From positions 128,001-192,000 of the forward strand of contig JBGAIQ010000001.1 of NCBI GenBank assembly GCA_044225365.1: a stretch of 64,000 nucleotides of DNA. Direction: 5' to 3'. Both the position numbers and the translations under genes were made by a program. Under the pieces are notes generated by a model. That model saw only the letters and a program-made list of their open reading frames with translations. It searched no databases and had not been told where the DNA came from. The DNA is from Planctomycetota bacterium. Its GTDB lineage: Bacteria > Planctomycetota > B15-G4 > JADJEK01. Positions within the stretch are counted from its first letter, which is position 1; every line of letters begins with the position of its first letter. Positions 9,525-18,991 of this stretch are shown here, in pieces.

Positions 9525-11122
9525 CGCATCGAGTGGCTTCGGCAAAGGCCGTGGCAATGGTGATGGTGAGGGTTCGGTTCGGCGACAGCGTGGCGGTGGA
9601 GCGCAGGACTTTCTTGGACGAAATCGAAACGGGCCGCATTCCCGATGACGAATCCGCGCGCAGTGCGGACTCGATCGAGGTCACCCTGCCTCGCGCACCG
9701 AGTGCGCGGGGAACGAGCGATGGTTCGAGTCCGACCTCCGGGTTCTCGAAGTTCCCCGTTGCGATGAGCGCGATCGGTGCGTCCGCCGCCGACACGGCGC
9801 GGGCGAGCCCGTTCGCTCGCGAATTGTGGACTTCGGTTCGCGACGCGTTCCGCGCCACGAACGGACCGGCGATCGCCGATCTCTGGCTCAGTCAGGTGCA
9901 ACCGATCGCATTCACGAAGGGCGTGTTCACGATCGCCGTTCCGAACGATCTCGTGCGCGATTGGCTCGAGTCGAAATACCGGCAACAGATCGAGTCGATC
10001 TTCCAGGATCTGACGGGCAGTCCCGTGCGCGTGCTGTTCCGTCACGAGGCGATGCTGCCCGTGACGGCGCGCGACATGCAGGCCGAGCGCGGCCAGTCCG
10101 ACGAGAATCGTGCGGCGCCGTTCGTGGTACGTCCGGAGAACCGCCTCGCGCATGCCGCCCTGCTGCGCCAACTCGCTGATCCTTCGACCGGCAATCCGCT
10201 CTTCATCTACGGTCCGTCGGGCGTCGGAAAGACCGTCCTCGTGCGGCACCACCTCGAGCGCTACGCCGAACAGCTCGGCGGTCCGCGGGCCACTGTTTCG
10301 GTCAATGCCGAGGCCTTCTCGCAGGACCTCGTCGCCGCGCTCAAGGACAACGAACTCTCCGCATTCCGCGGGCGAATGCTCGCCGCGGATGTCTTCGTTC
10401 TCGAGGAAGCCCATCGACTCCGCGGGAAGCCTCGGACTCAGCGCGAGTTCCTCTCGATCCTGCGCTATCACGTCGAGCGGGGTAGACCGGTGATCCTGAC
10501 GAGCCGCCATCCGCCGAATGGGATCTTCCTGCTCGACGAGGCCCTTCGCTCCTACTTTCTGTCGGGCATCCTCGTTCGCATCCCGGAGTACCCCGATCCC
10601 TCGCGCGTCGCGATCCTCGCCGAGCTCAGCAAGCGCCACGCGCGGCCGATGCCGATCGAGACCATCGAACGCGTGGTCGCGCGGGTTCCGGGTTCGTTCG
10701 ATCGCCAGGTGCGATTCCTCGACAAGGTGGCCGCGTTCGCTGCGCTCTCCAACAGCGACGCGACGCTCGAGTTCCTCTCCGCGCGCTTCCCCGAACTCTC
10801 GGGACAACCCGGCATCGAACTCGACATCAAGTCGTTGATCGAGCTGACCGCTCGTGAGTTCGGGACGAGCGCCGAGGAAGTGGCTTCGAACTGCAAGGTG
10901 CGGACGGCGGTGCTCGCGCGACATGTCGTCGTCTACGTCGCGACGCTCGTCTTCAACATGAAGGCGAACCGGGTGATGCGGCATCTCGGCGGACTCTCGC
11001 CCTCGACGACGGCGTACGCTCGGCGGCGAGTCGAAGAGATGAGGCGCAAGGATCCCATGTTCGATTCGCGGATCCACCAATTGTTGGACCGACTCCAGCG
11101 CGGCCAGAAGTTGTTGTTCTGA
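9521..11122 (+). CDS. dnaA: DnaA-family protein, divergent paralog (start uncertain; TTG 9614 or ATG 9764 possible)
   Basis: Domain I (W..V...W......IAVPNDLVRDWLESKY), NPLFIYGPSGVGKT Walker A, C-terminal domain IV-like HTH; many catalytic residues substituted. Confidence 0.8.
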   Translation: MTHRVASAKAVAMVMVRVRFGDSVAVERRTFLDEIETGRIPDDESARSADSIEVTLPRAPSARGTSDGSSPTSGFSKFPVAMSAIGASAADTARASPFARELWTSVRDAFRATNGPAIADLWLSQVQPIAFTKGVFTIAVPNDLVRDWLESKYRQQIESIFQDLTGSPVRVLFRHEAMLPVTARDMQAERGQSDENRAAPFVVRPENRLAHAALLRQLADPSTGNPLFIYGPSGVGKTVLVRHHLERYAEQLGGPRATVSVNAEAFSQDLVAALKDNELSAFRGRMLAADVFVLEEAHRLRGKPRTQREFLSILRYHVERGRPVILTSRHPPNGIFLLDEALRSYFLSGILVRIPEYPDPSRVAILAELSKRHARPMPIETIERVVARVPGSFDRQVRFLDKVAAFAALSNSDATLEFLSARFPELSGQPGIELDIKSLIELTAREFGTSAEEVASNCKVRTAVLARHVVVYVATLVFNMKANRVMRHLGGLSPSTTAYARRRVEEMRRKDPMFDSRIHQLLDRLQRGQKLLF

Positions 11123-11139
11123 GCCCCGGGATTCGCGGC

Positions 11140-11283
11140 TTTTCCACAAGTTCTCCCGGCGATCCAGCGTGTCTCCAATGTGGCCACAACCATTTTTCAA
11201 GCAAGATGGTTGCGTCGATCTCGAGGAGCGTTCGTCGAAGCTTTGGAATTCTCGATGGAGTAGTTTCGAACAGGTTTTCCACA
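11140..11283. promoter_or_regulatory. DnaA-box-like cluster between the dnaA paralog and tmk
   Basis: TTTTCCACA at 11140-11148 and 11275-11283 (fit TTWTNCACA); palindrome TGTGGCCACA 11179-11188; CAACCAT/ATGGTTG inverted repeat. Confidence 0.5.
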
Positions 11284-11338
11284 TTCGTCGCCCCGATCGT
11301 TCGAATCCGGACGCTCGCGTGACCCTCGAGGTACCGAG

Positions 11339-11944
11339 ATGTTCATCGTGATCGAAGGAATCGACGGCTGTGGCAAGACCACCCAGGCCTCTCGCCTCGT
11401 CACGCATCTGGAGCGACGCGGTCGCCGGGTGCTCCATGTGCGGGAACCCGGCACGACCCGGCTCGGCGAGCGCTTGCGCGACATCGTTCTGTCGCGCACG
11501 GACATTCCGATCAGTCCGCGTGCCGAAGCACTGCTCTACTCCTGCGCGCGAGCCGAACTCGTGGAGTCGGTCCTGAAGCCAGCGTTGAAACAGGGCGAGA
11601 TCGTGGTCTGCGAGCGGTACGCCTATTCGACCTTGGCGTATCAGGGCGCCGGCCTACAGCTCGACGAAGATCTCCTCGACGCCGTGCAACGCTTCGCGAT
11701 CGCAGGTTTGAAACCGGAGCGCGTGATCCTCCTCGACCTCGATCCCGCCACCGCTCGTACGAGATTGAGCGGCAAGGCCGATCGGATCGAGGCGCGCGGA
11801 AGCGACTATTTCGATCGCGTCCGCAAGTCGTTCCTCGATCTTGCTGCAGGCGATCCAACGCGTTTCGTCGTGGTCGATGCGTCGCGAGCCGTCGATCTGG
11901 TGGCTGCGGATGTCGCGCGGGCGGTGGACGATGCCGTTTCGTGA
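11339..11944 (+). CDS. tmk: Thymidylate kinase
   Basis: FIVIEGIDGCGKTTQ, REPG, (D/E)RY..ST.AYQG, DRIE motifs. Confidence 0.96.
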   Translation: MFIVIEGIDGCGKTTQASRLVTHLERRGRRVLHVREPGTTRLGERLRDIVLSRTDIPISPRAEALLYSCARAELVESVLKPALKQGEIVVCERYAYSTLAYQGAGLQLDEDLLDAVQRFAIAGLKPERVILLDLDPATARTRLSGKADRIEARGSDYFDRVRKSFLDLAAGDPTRFVVVDASRAVDLVAADVARAVDDAVS

Positions 11945-13055
11945 TGTCCTCGGCCACGCCGCGGTGATCGCGAATCTGCGCGCCGCGTTGATTCGGGACT
12001 GTCTTCCGCACGCGTTGCTGTTCGCGGGGCGCCTAGGAATCGGCAAGCACACGGTTGCGCGCGCCCTGCTCGCGGCGCGCTATTGCGAACGACGGCGGGA
12101 CGGCGATGCCTGCGGCGCCTGCCCGGAGTGTCGGCGGATCGCGCAGAACGAACACAACGACGTGATCCTGCTCGGTCGCGAGCGCGGGAAGCGCGACATT
12201 GGCATCGCGGCGATTCGCGAAGTTCAGGGTGCTCTCCATCTCGCGTCGACGTCGGGGCGAGGGCGGGCGACGATCCTCGACGGGGCGGAGCGCATGACGG
12301 AGGAGGCGCAGAACGCCTTCTTGAAGACGCTGGAGGAGCCTCCCGCAAAGGCGGTCATCGTCCTCGTATCGAGCGCCGTCGATCGCCTGCTTCCCACGAT
12401 TCGCTCGCGTTGCGCGGTGCATCGCTTCGCGCCGCTCACGACCTCGGAGATGGAGGTCTTCGTCGCGAGGATGTCGAACACGCGCTCGAGCGTTCCTGTG
12501 ACGGTCGCGCGAGGCAGCCCGGGCCATTGGAGCGAGATCACGAAGCCGCCGCATCCAGAAGCTCGAGCCCTCGTGCTCGACCTCCTGCTCGATCCCGCTC
12601 TCTCTCCGTTTGCGTTCGCGATGCGAATGCAGGAACTCGCCTTGACCGAGGAAGAGGAGCCCGAGGACGTCGCGCCCGTGGACCCCGCCGGAACGTTGTC
12701 CGCCGAGGAAGAGGAGGTGGTTTCCGACTCCTCCGAGATCGGCCGGCAGCGGCTCGAGCAGTGGCTGCTCCTCCTCGAATGGGCGCTTCGCGATGTCCTC
12801 GTACTCGCGATGAACCGAGGATCGGCGCATCGAAATGCCCATCTCGTCCATGCCGACAAGGAAGTCGATTTCTCTCGCCTCGCCGGATCCGTCCCCGCGG
12901 AAGTGTTCTTCCCGTTGCTCGATTCGATCGAGCGCGCGCGCGGGGATCTGCATCGCAACGTCGATCGGGCCCTCACGCTGGAGACCCTCGCCATCGAATT
13001 GCGATCGCGGCTGAAGTACACGCGCGGTCCGCGATCGACTTCGACCTCACGCTGA
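11931..13055 (+). CDS. holB: DNA polymerase III subunit delta'
   Basis: HALLFAG..GIGK, Zn motif C..ACGACPEC, NAFLKTLEEPP, LLPTIRSRC; tmk-holB synteny; ATG 11931. Confidence 0.92.
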   Translation: MPFRDVLGHAAVIANLRAALIRDCLPHALLFAGRLGIGKHTVARALLAARYCERRRDGDACGACPECRRIAQNEHNDVILLGRERGKRDIGIAAIREVQGALHLASTSGRGRATILDGAERMTEEAQNAFLKTLEEPPAKAVIVLVSSAVDRLLPTIRSRCAVHRFAPLTTSEMEVFVARMSNTRSSVPVTVARGSPGHWSEITKPPHPEARALVLDLLLDPALSPFAFAMRMQELALTEEEEPEDVAPVDPAGTLSAEEEEVVSDSSEIGRQRLEQWLLLLEWALRDVLVLAMNRGSAHRNAHLVHADKEVDFSRLAGSVPAEVFFPLLDSIERARGDLHRNVDRALTLETLAIELRSRLKYTRGPRSTSTSR

Positions 13056-13078
13056 TCCCGACTTCTCGCGCATCCGCC

Positions 13079-13106
13079 TCAAGGTGGGCCCGCGAACTTC
13101 CGATGA
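13079..13106 (+). promoter_or_regulatory. Sigma-28-like promoter motif TCAAG-N15-TCCGATGA
   Basis: Upstream of the Minf_1886-family gene; spacer one nt shorter than most copies. Confidence 0.5.
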
Positions 13107-13116
13107 CGTAGGAAGC

Positions 13117-13139
13117 CGCCCCGACCGGCGGGGCGTTTT
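13117..13139 (+). terminator. GC hairpin plus T4 (possible intrinsic terminator after holB, or 5'-UTR hairpin)
   Basis: CGCCCCG-ACCGG-CGGGGCG-TTTT. Confidence 0.4.
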
Positions 13140-13165
13140 GGAATCTGCGAGCCAGGATCCACGTC

Positions 13166-13564
13166 ATGGCGGGCACGACACCAGTCGATCGCAAGGTCCT
13201 CGAGATCGTACGCAGCGACGGGCGCTATCGAGCGGCGGCGTATACGTTCGTATTCGAGGCGCTCGACTTCGCGATGCAGCGTCATGGCCGTGAGCGAAGG
13301 CGAGGCGCGGAACGCCACCTCTCGGTGCCCGAGCTGCTGGGCTCGATGCGAGACTACGCGATCGAGCAATACGGACCGCTCTCCCGCACCGTTCTCGAGT
13401 CGATGGGGATCTTCGGCACGGCCGATCTCGGAGAGATCGTGTTCGGACTCGTTGACAAGGGCCTGTTGAACAAACAGGATTCCGACACCAAGGAACAGTT
13501 CGCGGAGGGCTACGACTTCCGCGAAGCGTTCAACGAGCGCGAGCTGATCGCACGCGTCGGTTGA
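13166..13564 (+). CDS. Minf_1886 family protein (Planctomycete/Verrucomicrobia conserved hypothetical)
   Basis: RY...AY.FV.EAL...RH.S..EL....R.YA.EQYG.L...VL..MGI..T.D.GEIVF.LV pattern recognised from memory. Confidence 0.75.
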   Translation: MAGTTPVDRKVLEIVRSDGRYRAAAYTFVFEALDFAMQRHGRERRRGAERHLSVPELLGSMRDYAIEQYGPLSRTVLESMGIFGTADLGEIVFGLVDKGLLNKQDSDTKEQFAEGYDFREAFNERELIARVG

Positions 13565-13643
13565 GGAGCGCTTTCGCGCGCCGAAAGAGATCCCGCGATC
13601 CGGACTCGCGCGAGTCTCGTTCCATTCGCCGCGAGCCCAAGCC

Positions 13644-14408
13644 TTGTCCTCGATCGCCGATTCCGGCCTCCTTCGTTTCTCCAATCTCTCGCGACTTAGC
13701 GGCGTCGAACACGCGTTCGCGGACGCAGCGGCGCTTTCTGGATTCGATGCGAACCGTCGGGAAGACCGGCGACGGCTCCTGCGTGCAGTGATGGGGGAGG
13801 GCGGTGAACTCGTTCCGACGCATCAAACCCATTCGGCGAATCTCGCCGTCGTGCGTCGAGGTGAGGACTGTGACTTCGCGAGAGCGGAAGGCGGAATCGA
13901 CGGACTCGTGACTACGGAGCGCGGCCTGCTCCTGCATGCGATCTCGGCCGATTGTCCGCTCCTCTTCCTCGCCCATCCGAGCGAGCGCGCCCCGGGAGTG
14001 GCCATCTCGCATTGCGGCTGGCGGGGAGTCGCGCGCGGGATCGTCACATCGACGGTCGATCGCCTCCTCGAGGCGACGGGTGCGAATGGAGGCGACCTGG
14101 TTGCTGCGATCAGTCCAGGGGCGGGTGGTTGTTGCTACGAAGTCGGTTCGGAGGTGCTCGACGGACTCGAAGCGGCGGGCGTTCGAGTGTCGCGGTGCAT
14201 CGCGGAATTCGTCCGACCGGACGGTCGAATCTCACACCGACTCGACCTGCGCGCCGCGATCGTCGATCTGCTCGAAAGTCGCGACCTCGCGCCGTCGGCG
14301 ATCGAGTGCTCCTCCGCGTGCACGATCTGCGGCGGAAATCGATTCCACTCGTATCGCAGAAGCGCGACCACGGCGGGACGAATGTCCGGCGTGATCGCGC
14401 TCCGATGA
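13644..14408 (+). CDS. pgeF: YfiH/PgeF family (laccase-domain, purine nucleoside phosphorylase-like) protein
   Basis: QTHS, DGLVT, SADC, HCGWRG, CYEVG, CT.C...FHSYRR..GRM motifs. Confidence 0.88.
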   Translation: MSSIADSGLLRFSNLSRLSGVEHAFADAAALSGFDANRREDRRRLLRAVMGEGGELVPTHQTHSANLAVVRRGEDCDFARAEGGIDGLVTTERGLLLHAISADCPLLFLAHPSERAPGVAISHCGWRGVARGIVTSTVDRLLEATGANGGDLVAAISPGAGGCCYEVGSEVLDGLEAAGVRVSRCIAEFVRPDGRISHRLDLRAAIVDLLESRDLAPSAIECSSACTICGGNRFHSYRRSATTAGRMSGVIALR

Positions 14409-14433
14409 GGCTCCGGCGCTTCGTGCGCCGTTC

Positions 14434-16845
14434 CTACTTGTCGCCGTCCTTCTTGTCTTCCTTCGGCGCCTCACCCTTGGGGGGGGCCGCGAGTGCCTGC
14501 GCCTTCTCGTACTTGCGTTTGGCCTCGGCGAGTTCCTTGTCGAGCTTGTCGGCGGTCGCGACGAAGCCCTTGTACTCCGCGAAGTCCTCGGGGTTCTTGC
14601 CGAGTTTCTTCATCACTTCGATGATCGCCCGCTGCAGCTGCGTGTCCTCTTCGTAGTCGCCGTAGAAGTCGTTGCCGGGGAATTCCTTCTTGCGAAGGTC
14701 GGAGACCTTGCGGCGCACGTAGAGTCGCGTCCAGCGCCGGATCTCGTTCTTGTCGAGGTGCGTGTTGAGCGACTCGAAGAAGGCGTCGAACTCGGGGTAC
14801 TTCTCGGTACTGCCGCCGTCCCCTTCGGCGAGCGCGACGAACAGCTTCTCATTGCCCGCGAAGTGATCTTCGACGTACTTCTCGAAGCGGTTCTTCTCCG
14901 AGCCTTCGACGTCCTGCAGGAGATTCGCGATCTCCTCGGCCTTCCAGGGCGCCGTGCTCTCGAACTCCGATTCCACGTCGGGCACGATGCCGCCCTGGTG
15001 GATCACTCGACCGTCGCCATCGAGGTCGGTGTGGATCGACTCGCCGCCCGGCAGGTAGTAACGCTGGGTCGTGAGTTTGAACATGCTGCCGTAGTCGTAC
15101 TTGCCGTTCTTGTTGGCGTCGACGTACTCCTCGTCCGGGTCCCAGCGCCCATTGCGGTTCTTGTCGTCGAACAACTCCTGCTTGCGCGACTCGAGCTGGA
15201 AGGGATTCTGCACCGAGCCCTTGCCGAAGCTGCGGCGACCCACGAGTTCGGCGCGGTCGTAGCTCTTGAGCGTTCCGGCGACGATCTCCGATGCCGATGC
15301 ACTCTGATGATTGATGAGCACGACGAGCGGAAGATCGCGTGCCCGCGCTCGGCGGTCGGTCTTCTTCTGCGAGCCCTCGCCGGGCTTCTGATCGCGGTTG
15401 CGCGTCTCGACGACGAGCTTGTTGGGACCGAGGAACTCGCCGCACATGTCGACGGCTTCGTTCAGGTAGCCGCCATGGTTGTAGCGAAGATCCAGGACGA
15501 GCCCGACCGCGCCGCGCGCCTGCAGGTCGTCGAGAGCCGCGCGCAATTCGTTGGTCGTTCCATCGCCGAAGGTCTGGACTTCGACGTAGCCGATGCCGCC
15601 TGGGAACAACTCGGAGTGGACCGAGGGAATGCTGATCGTCGCGCGCGCGATCTCGAACTCGCGTGGCTCTTTCCAGCCAGCTCGCATCACCTGCAGCTTC
15701 ACCGAGGTGCCGGGTTTTCCCTTCAGGCGGTCGATCACGGCCTGCTGAGGATGTCCGTAGGTATCCCAACCGTCGACCTTCAGGATCTGGTCGTCGGAGC
15801 GCAGGCCCGCCTTGAACGCCGGACCCGAGTAGATGGGGCGGGTGATCGAGAAGATCCCGGCGGTCGTGTTCACGTACGCGCCGATGCCGCCGTACTCGCG
15901 ATTGAGGTCGAGCAGCCACTTCTCGAATTCGGCGCTGTCCATGTAGGTCGAGTGCGGATCGAGGTACTCGAGCAGCCCCTTCGCGGCCGCGGTGAGCAGT
16001 TTCTCCTCGCCTTCTGGACCCTTGTACTGGTCGCCGTAGATGTGCTCGCGCTGGACGTAGTCGATGATCTCGCGCAGCAGATCGAAGCGATCCGGCCCGC
16101 TCGCCTTGCCCTGAGCGCCGCCTTCCTTCACGAGCCGTTCCTCGCGGCTCGTGTAGTAACGCTGCATCTCCGCCGTCTTGATGAGTGATCGGGCGAGCGC
16201 ACCCTCGACGCTTGGCTCCTCGGCGACCGACCGCAGGACCGGGCCCGCGGTTTCGAAATCTCCGAGTTCGGCGAGCGCGATCGCGCCCTTCACCTTGAGC
16301 GCCGGCTCCTCGGACTTGAGGAGGAGTTTCAGTTCCGTGAGCGCACGCTTGCGATGTCCGCCGTCGCCGATGTCGTAGAGGCATTGCGCGAGCGCACACT
16401 TCACGTCGGCGTCGTTGGTCTGATCGAGGTAGTCCGCGATCTTCGACTCGATCGCCTTGTCCTCGGGAAGGTCACGAACCTGGAACAACGCTGCGATGCG
16501 GACCTCGGGCGCCTGGTCCGGACCCGCGAGTTCGAGGAGCTTCGGCGCGGCATCGTCTCCGGCCTCGAGGAGTTCCATGGCCCGCAGGATTCCGAGCAGG
16601 ACTTTCGGGTCCTCGTTCTTCTTGAGCTGATCCTTCAGGAATGGAACGATCTCGGCGCCGAGATTGCCGAGCTCGGCCGCCGCGGAGTAGACCTGCGAGA
16701 GACCGGTTCCCTCCATCTTGGCGATCGCGTTCTTCGCTTTCTCGGTCGCGGAGGTGGGGGTCTGCGCGAGTGCGCCGCAGGCGATTCCGAGAGCCAGGAG
16801 GGCCGCGAGGGTCGGACGCAGGTGCACGCTCATGGAGGATGCCAT
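14434..16845 (-). CDS. ctpA: S41 C-terminal processing protease with N-terminal HEAT-like repeats and PDZ domain
   Basis: Signal peptide; LDPHSTY, GIG PDZ, VLDLRYNHGG, catalytic SASASEIVAG and GKGSVQ; start 16845 or 16833. Confidence 0.88.
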   Translation of the reverse strand: MASSMSVHLRPTLAALLALGIACGALAQTPTSATEKAKNAIAKMEGTGLSQVYSAAAELGNLGAEIVPFLKDQLKKNEDPKVLLGILRAMELLEAGDDAAPKLLELAGPDQAPEVRIAALFQVRDLPEDKAIESKIADYLDQTNDADVKCALAQCLYDIGDGGHRKRALTELKLLLKSEEPALKVKGAIALAELGDFETAGPVLRSVAEEPSVEGALARSLIKTAEMQRYYTSREERLVKEGGAQGKASGPDRFDLLREIIDYVQREHIYGDQYKGPEGEEKLLTAAAKGLLEYLDPHSTYMDSAEFEKWLLDLNREYGGIGAYVNTTAGIFSITRPIYSGPAFKAGLRSDDQILKVDGWDTYGHPQQAVIDRLKGKPGTSVKLQVMRAGWKEPREFEIARATISIPSVHSELFPGGIGYVEVQTFGDGTTNELRAALDDLQARGAVGLVLDLRYNHGGYLNEAVDMCGEFLGPNKLVVETRNRDQKPGEGSQKKTDRRARARDLPLVVLINHQSASASEIVAGTLKSYDRAELVGRRSFGKGSVQNPFQLESRKQELFDDKNRNGRWDPDEEYVDANKNGKYDYGSMFKLTTQRYYLPGGESIHTDLDGDGRVIHQGGIVPDVESEFESTAPWKAEEIANLLQDVEGSEKNRFEKYVEDHFAGNEKLFVALAEGDGGSTEKYPEFDAFFESLNTHLDKNEIRRWTRLYVRRKVSDLRKKEFPGNDFYGDYEEDTQLQRAIIEVMKKLGKNPEDFAEYKGFVATADKLDKELAEAKRKYEKAQALAAPPKGEAPKEDKKDGDK

Positions 16846-16948
16846 CGATTTTCCGGTCACGTACGATCTCCGGGACTTTGCCGGGGCAGCGAGGTGGACC
16901 ACGGGAGTCGTGGGAGTCGGCGCCGGCGCGTGATCTGGTAGTAAGTAG

Positions 16949-16977
16949 AGGTCGGCGCGCGGGCGTGCCACGCTTGA
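16949..16977 (-). promoter_or_regulatory. Sigma-28-like promoter motif TCAAG-N16-GCCGACCT
   Basis: Minus strand, about 100 nt upstream of the ctpA start. Confidence 0.55.
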
Positions 16978-17104
16978 GCGACCTCGAATGTCGATTGCCA
17001 CCTTATACGGCCCGTGCAGGAGAGCGACAGGCGTTTTTTGCTGCGCCTCCTCGCGAGATCCATCGCTTCAGTCTGGGGACTCGCCGGGCCGGGGGCGCCC
17101 TGGC

Positions 17105-17665
17105 ATGATGGACACGATGACGGCTACCCACCGCACTCCACGTCGCGCGCGCGTCGCTGCTCGCATTTCGAAGAGTCGCCTCACGCACGTCGATTCCGCG
17201 GGCGCGGCCCGCATGGTCGATGTGGGAGGCAAGTCCGCGAACGAACGGCGAGCCCTGGCGCACTCGATCGTGCGAATGGGGGCGTCGACTCTCGCTCAGT
17301 TGACCGCGGGGAGAGCTGCGAAGGGCTCGTGGGAGGCCGTTCTTGGAACCGCGCGGATCGCCGGGATCCTCGCTGCGAAGAAGACTTCCGAGTTGATTCC
17401 CCTCTGTCACGCGCTCGCGCTCTCGGCCGTGACCGTCGACTTCGTCGTCCTCGACGCGGTTCGCATCGAGATTCGGGCCGAGGTGCGTACCGTCGATCGG
17501 ACCGGGGTCGAGATGGAGGCGCTGACCGCTGCCGCCGTGGCCGCTCTCACCCTCTACGACATGGTGAAGGCGCTCGACAAGGGCGTCGTGATCGGGGATC
17601 TCGCGCTCCTCGAGAAGGACGGCGGCAAGTCGGGACCCTGGCGTCGCGCCCGGGGGAAGCGATGA
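17105..17665 (+). CDS. moaC: Cyclic pyranopterin monophosphate synthase
   Basis: [41 protein letters not shown]. Confidence 0.95.
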   Translation: MMDTMTATHRTPRRARVAARISKSRLTHVDSAGAARMVDVGGKSANERRALAHSIVRMGASTLAQLTAGRAAKGSWEAVLGTARIAGILAAKKTSELIPLCHALALSAVTVDFVVLDAVRIEIRAEVRTVDRTGVEMEALTAAAVAALTLYDMVKALDKGVVIGDLALLEKDGGKSGPWRRARGKR

Positions 17666-18186
17666 GCGATCGACCGTTCACGGCGCGCATCGTCATCGTC
17701 TCCGATCGCGGGTTCCGCGGCGAGCGCGCCGACGCCACGGCGCCCCAATTGAGTGCGGTCCTGGCGACGCGAGGAATCGTCTGCGAGCCGTCAGCCGTCC
17801 GCATCGTCCCCGACGAGCGCGCCGCGATCGTCGCGGAATTGCGCGCCGCCGCCGCCGCCGCGGATCTGGTGCTCACGTCCGGCGGCACGGGACTCGGTTC
17901 TCGCGACGTCACGCCGGAGGCTACGCGCGACGTGATCGATCGCGAGCTACCCGGCTTCGGCGAAGCCATGCGGGCCGCTTCGCGAGGCAAGACGCCGTTC
18001 GCCGATCTCTCGCGGGCGACCGCCGGTTCCTGCGGCGGCGCGCTCGTCGTCAATCTTCCGGGCAGCCCGAGAGGGGCCGTGGAGTGCCTGGAGGCCGTCC
18101 TGATCGCGATCCCACACGCTCTCAAGTTGTTGCGAGGGGCGGTCGCGGACTGCCAGGCGGAGCTCCGTTCGAGCGGGAGTTCGTGA
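17662..18186 (+). CDS. mog: Molybdopterin adenylyltransferase (MogA/MoaB family)
   Basis: VSDR, VPDE, TSGGTG...[20 protein letters not shown]; ATG overlaps the moaC stop. Confidence 0.88.
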   Translation: MSDRPFTARIVIVSDRGFRGERADATAPQLSAVLATRGIVCEPSAVRIVPDERAAIVAELRAAAAAADLVLTSGGTGLGSRDVTPEATRDVIDRELPGFGEAMRAASRGKTPFADLSRATAGSCGGALVVNLPGSPRGAVECLEAVLIAIPHALKLLRGAVADCQAELRSSGSS

Positions 18187-18249
18187 ACTGCGCGGCGGCA
18201 TCGGGGTCGAGCAGCGTTCGAACGGTTTTCGTGCAAAGGCCGCGCCGCC

Positions 18250-18278
18250 TTGACACTCGGCATCCGTCTTTCGAGAAT
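18250..18278 (+). promoter_or_regulatory. Sigma-70-type promoter for the efp-accB-accC operon
   Basis: TTGACA-N17-GAGAAT, 72 nt upstream of efp. Confidence 0.6.
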
Positions 18279-18350
18279 CGATCGTTTCCGCATCCGGTCG
18301 TTCCCTGCAAGGCGGGACGAAGCGATCTCGAAACCAGCACGGAGTGCCCA

Positions 18351-18914
18351 GTGGTCCGCATCTCGACGAATCAGTTCAAGCCTGGCATCACGATCAACTA
18401 CGAGGGCAACCTCTTCGACATGATCGAGTACCAGTTCGTCAAACCCGGCAAGGGCACGGCGTTCGTCCGCACGAAGATCAAGAACTCGAAGACGGGCAAG
18501 GTCCTCGAAGTCACGTTCGACGCCAACGACACGGTCGAGCAAGTGATGGTCGAGAAGCAGGAACTCGAGTACCTCTATCGCGAAGGCGACTACTTCGTGT
18601 TCATGGATCCGACGACCTTCGATCAGATCCACGTCAACAAGGAACAGGTCGAGCACATGCTGCCCTTCCTCAAGGAGAACATGCAGTGCCTCTTCAAGCG
18701 CGCGGGGGAGATGATCCTCTCGATCCAGCTCCCCGACTTCGTCGTGCTGAAGGTCGTCGAGACCGAGCCGAACATGAAGGGCGCGACGGCGACGGGCGGC
18801 CCCAAGCCGGCGAAGCTCGAGACGGGCGCCACCGTGATGGTGCCGACCTTCATCAAGCTGGGTGAGATGATTCGCGTCGATACGCGCACCAGCGAATACA
18901 CGGATCGCGCCTGA
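18351..18914 (+). CDS. efp: Elongation factor P
   Basis: VKPGKG loop, [28 protein letters not shown]; GTG start with GGAG. Confidence 0.96.
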   Translation: MVRISTNQFKPGITINYEGNLFDMIEYQFVKPGKGTAFVRTKIKNSKTGKVLEVTFDANDTVEQVMVEKQELEYLYREGDYFVFMDPTTFDQIHVNKEQVEHMLPFLKENMQCLFKRAGEMILSIQLPDFVVLKVVETEPNMKGATATGGPKPAKLETGATVMVPTFIKLGEMIRVDTRTSEYTDRA

Positions 18915-18991
18915 GCGATCGATCGCAGATCACCTTCGTACGACCCTTCGAAGCAACGAACAAGCAAGGCCGCGAGAGCGGAGCGGAGCCG

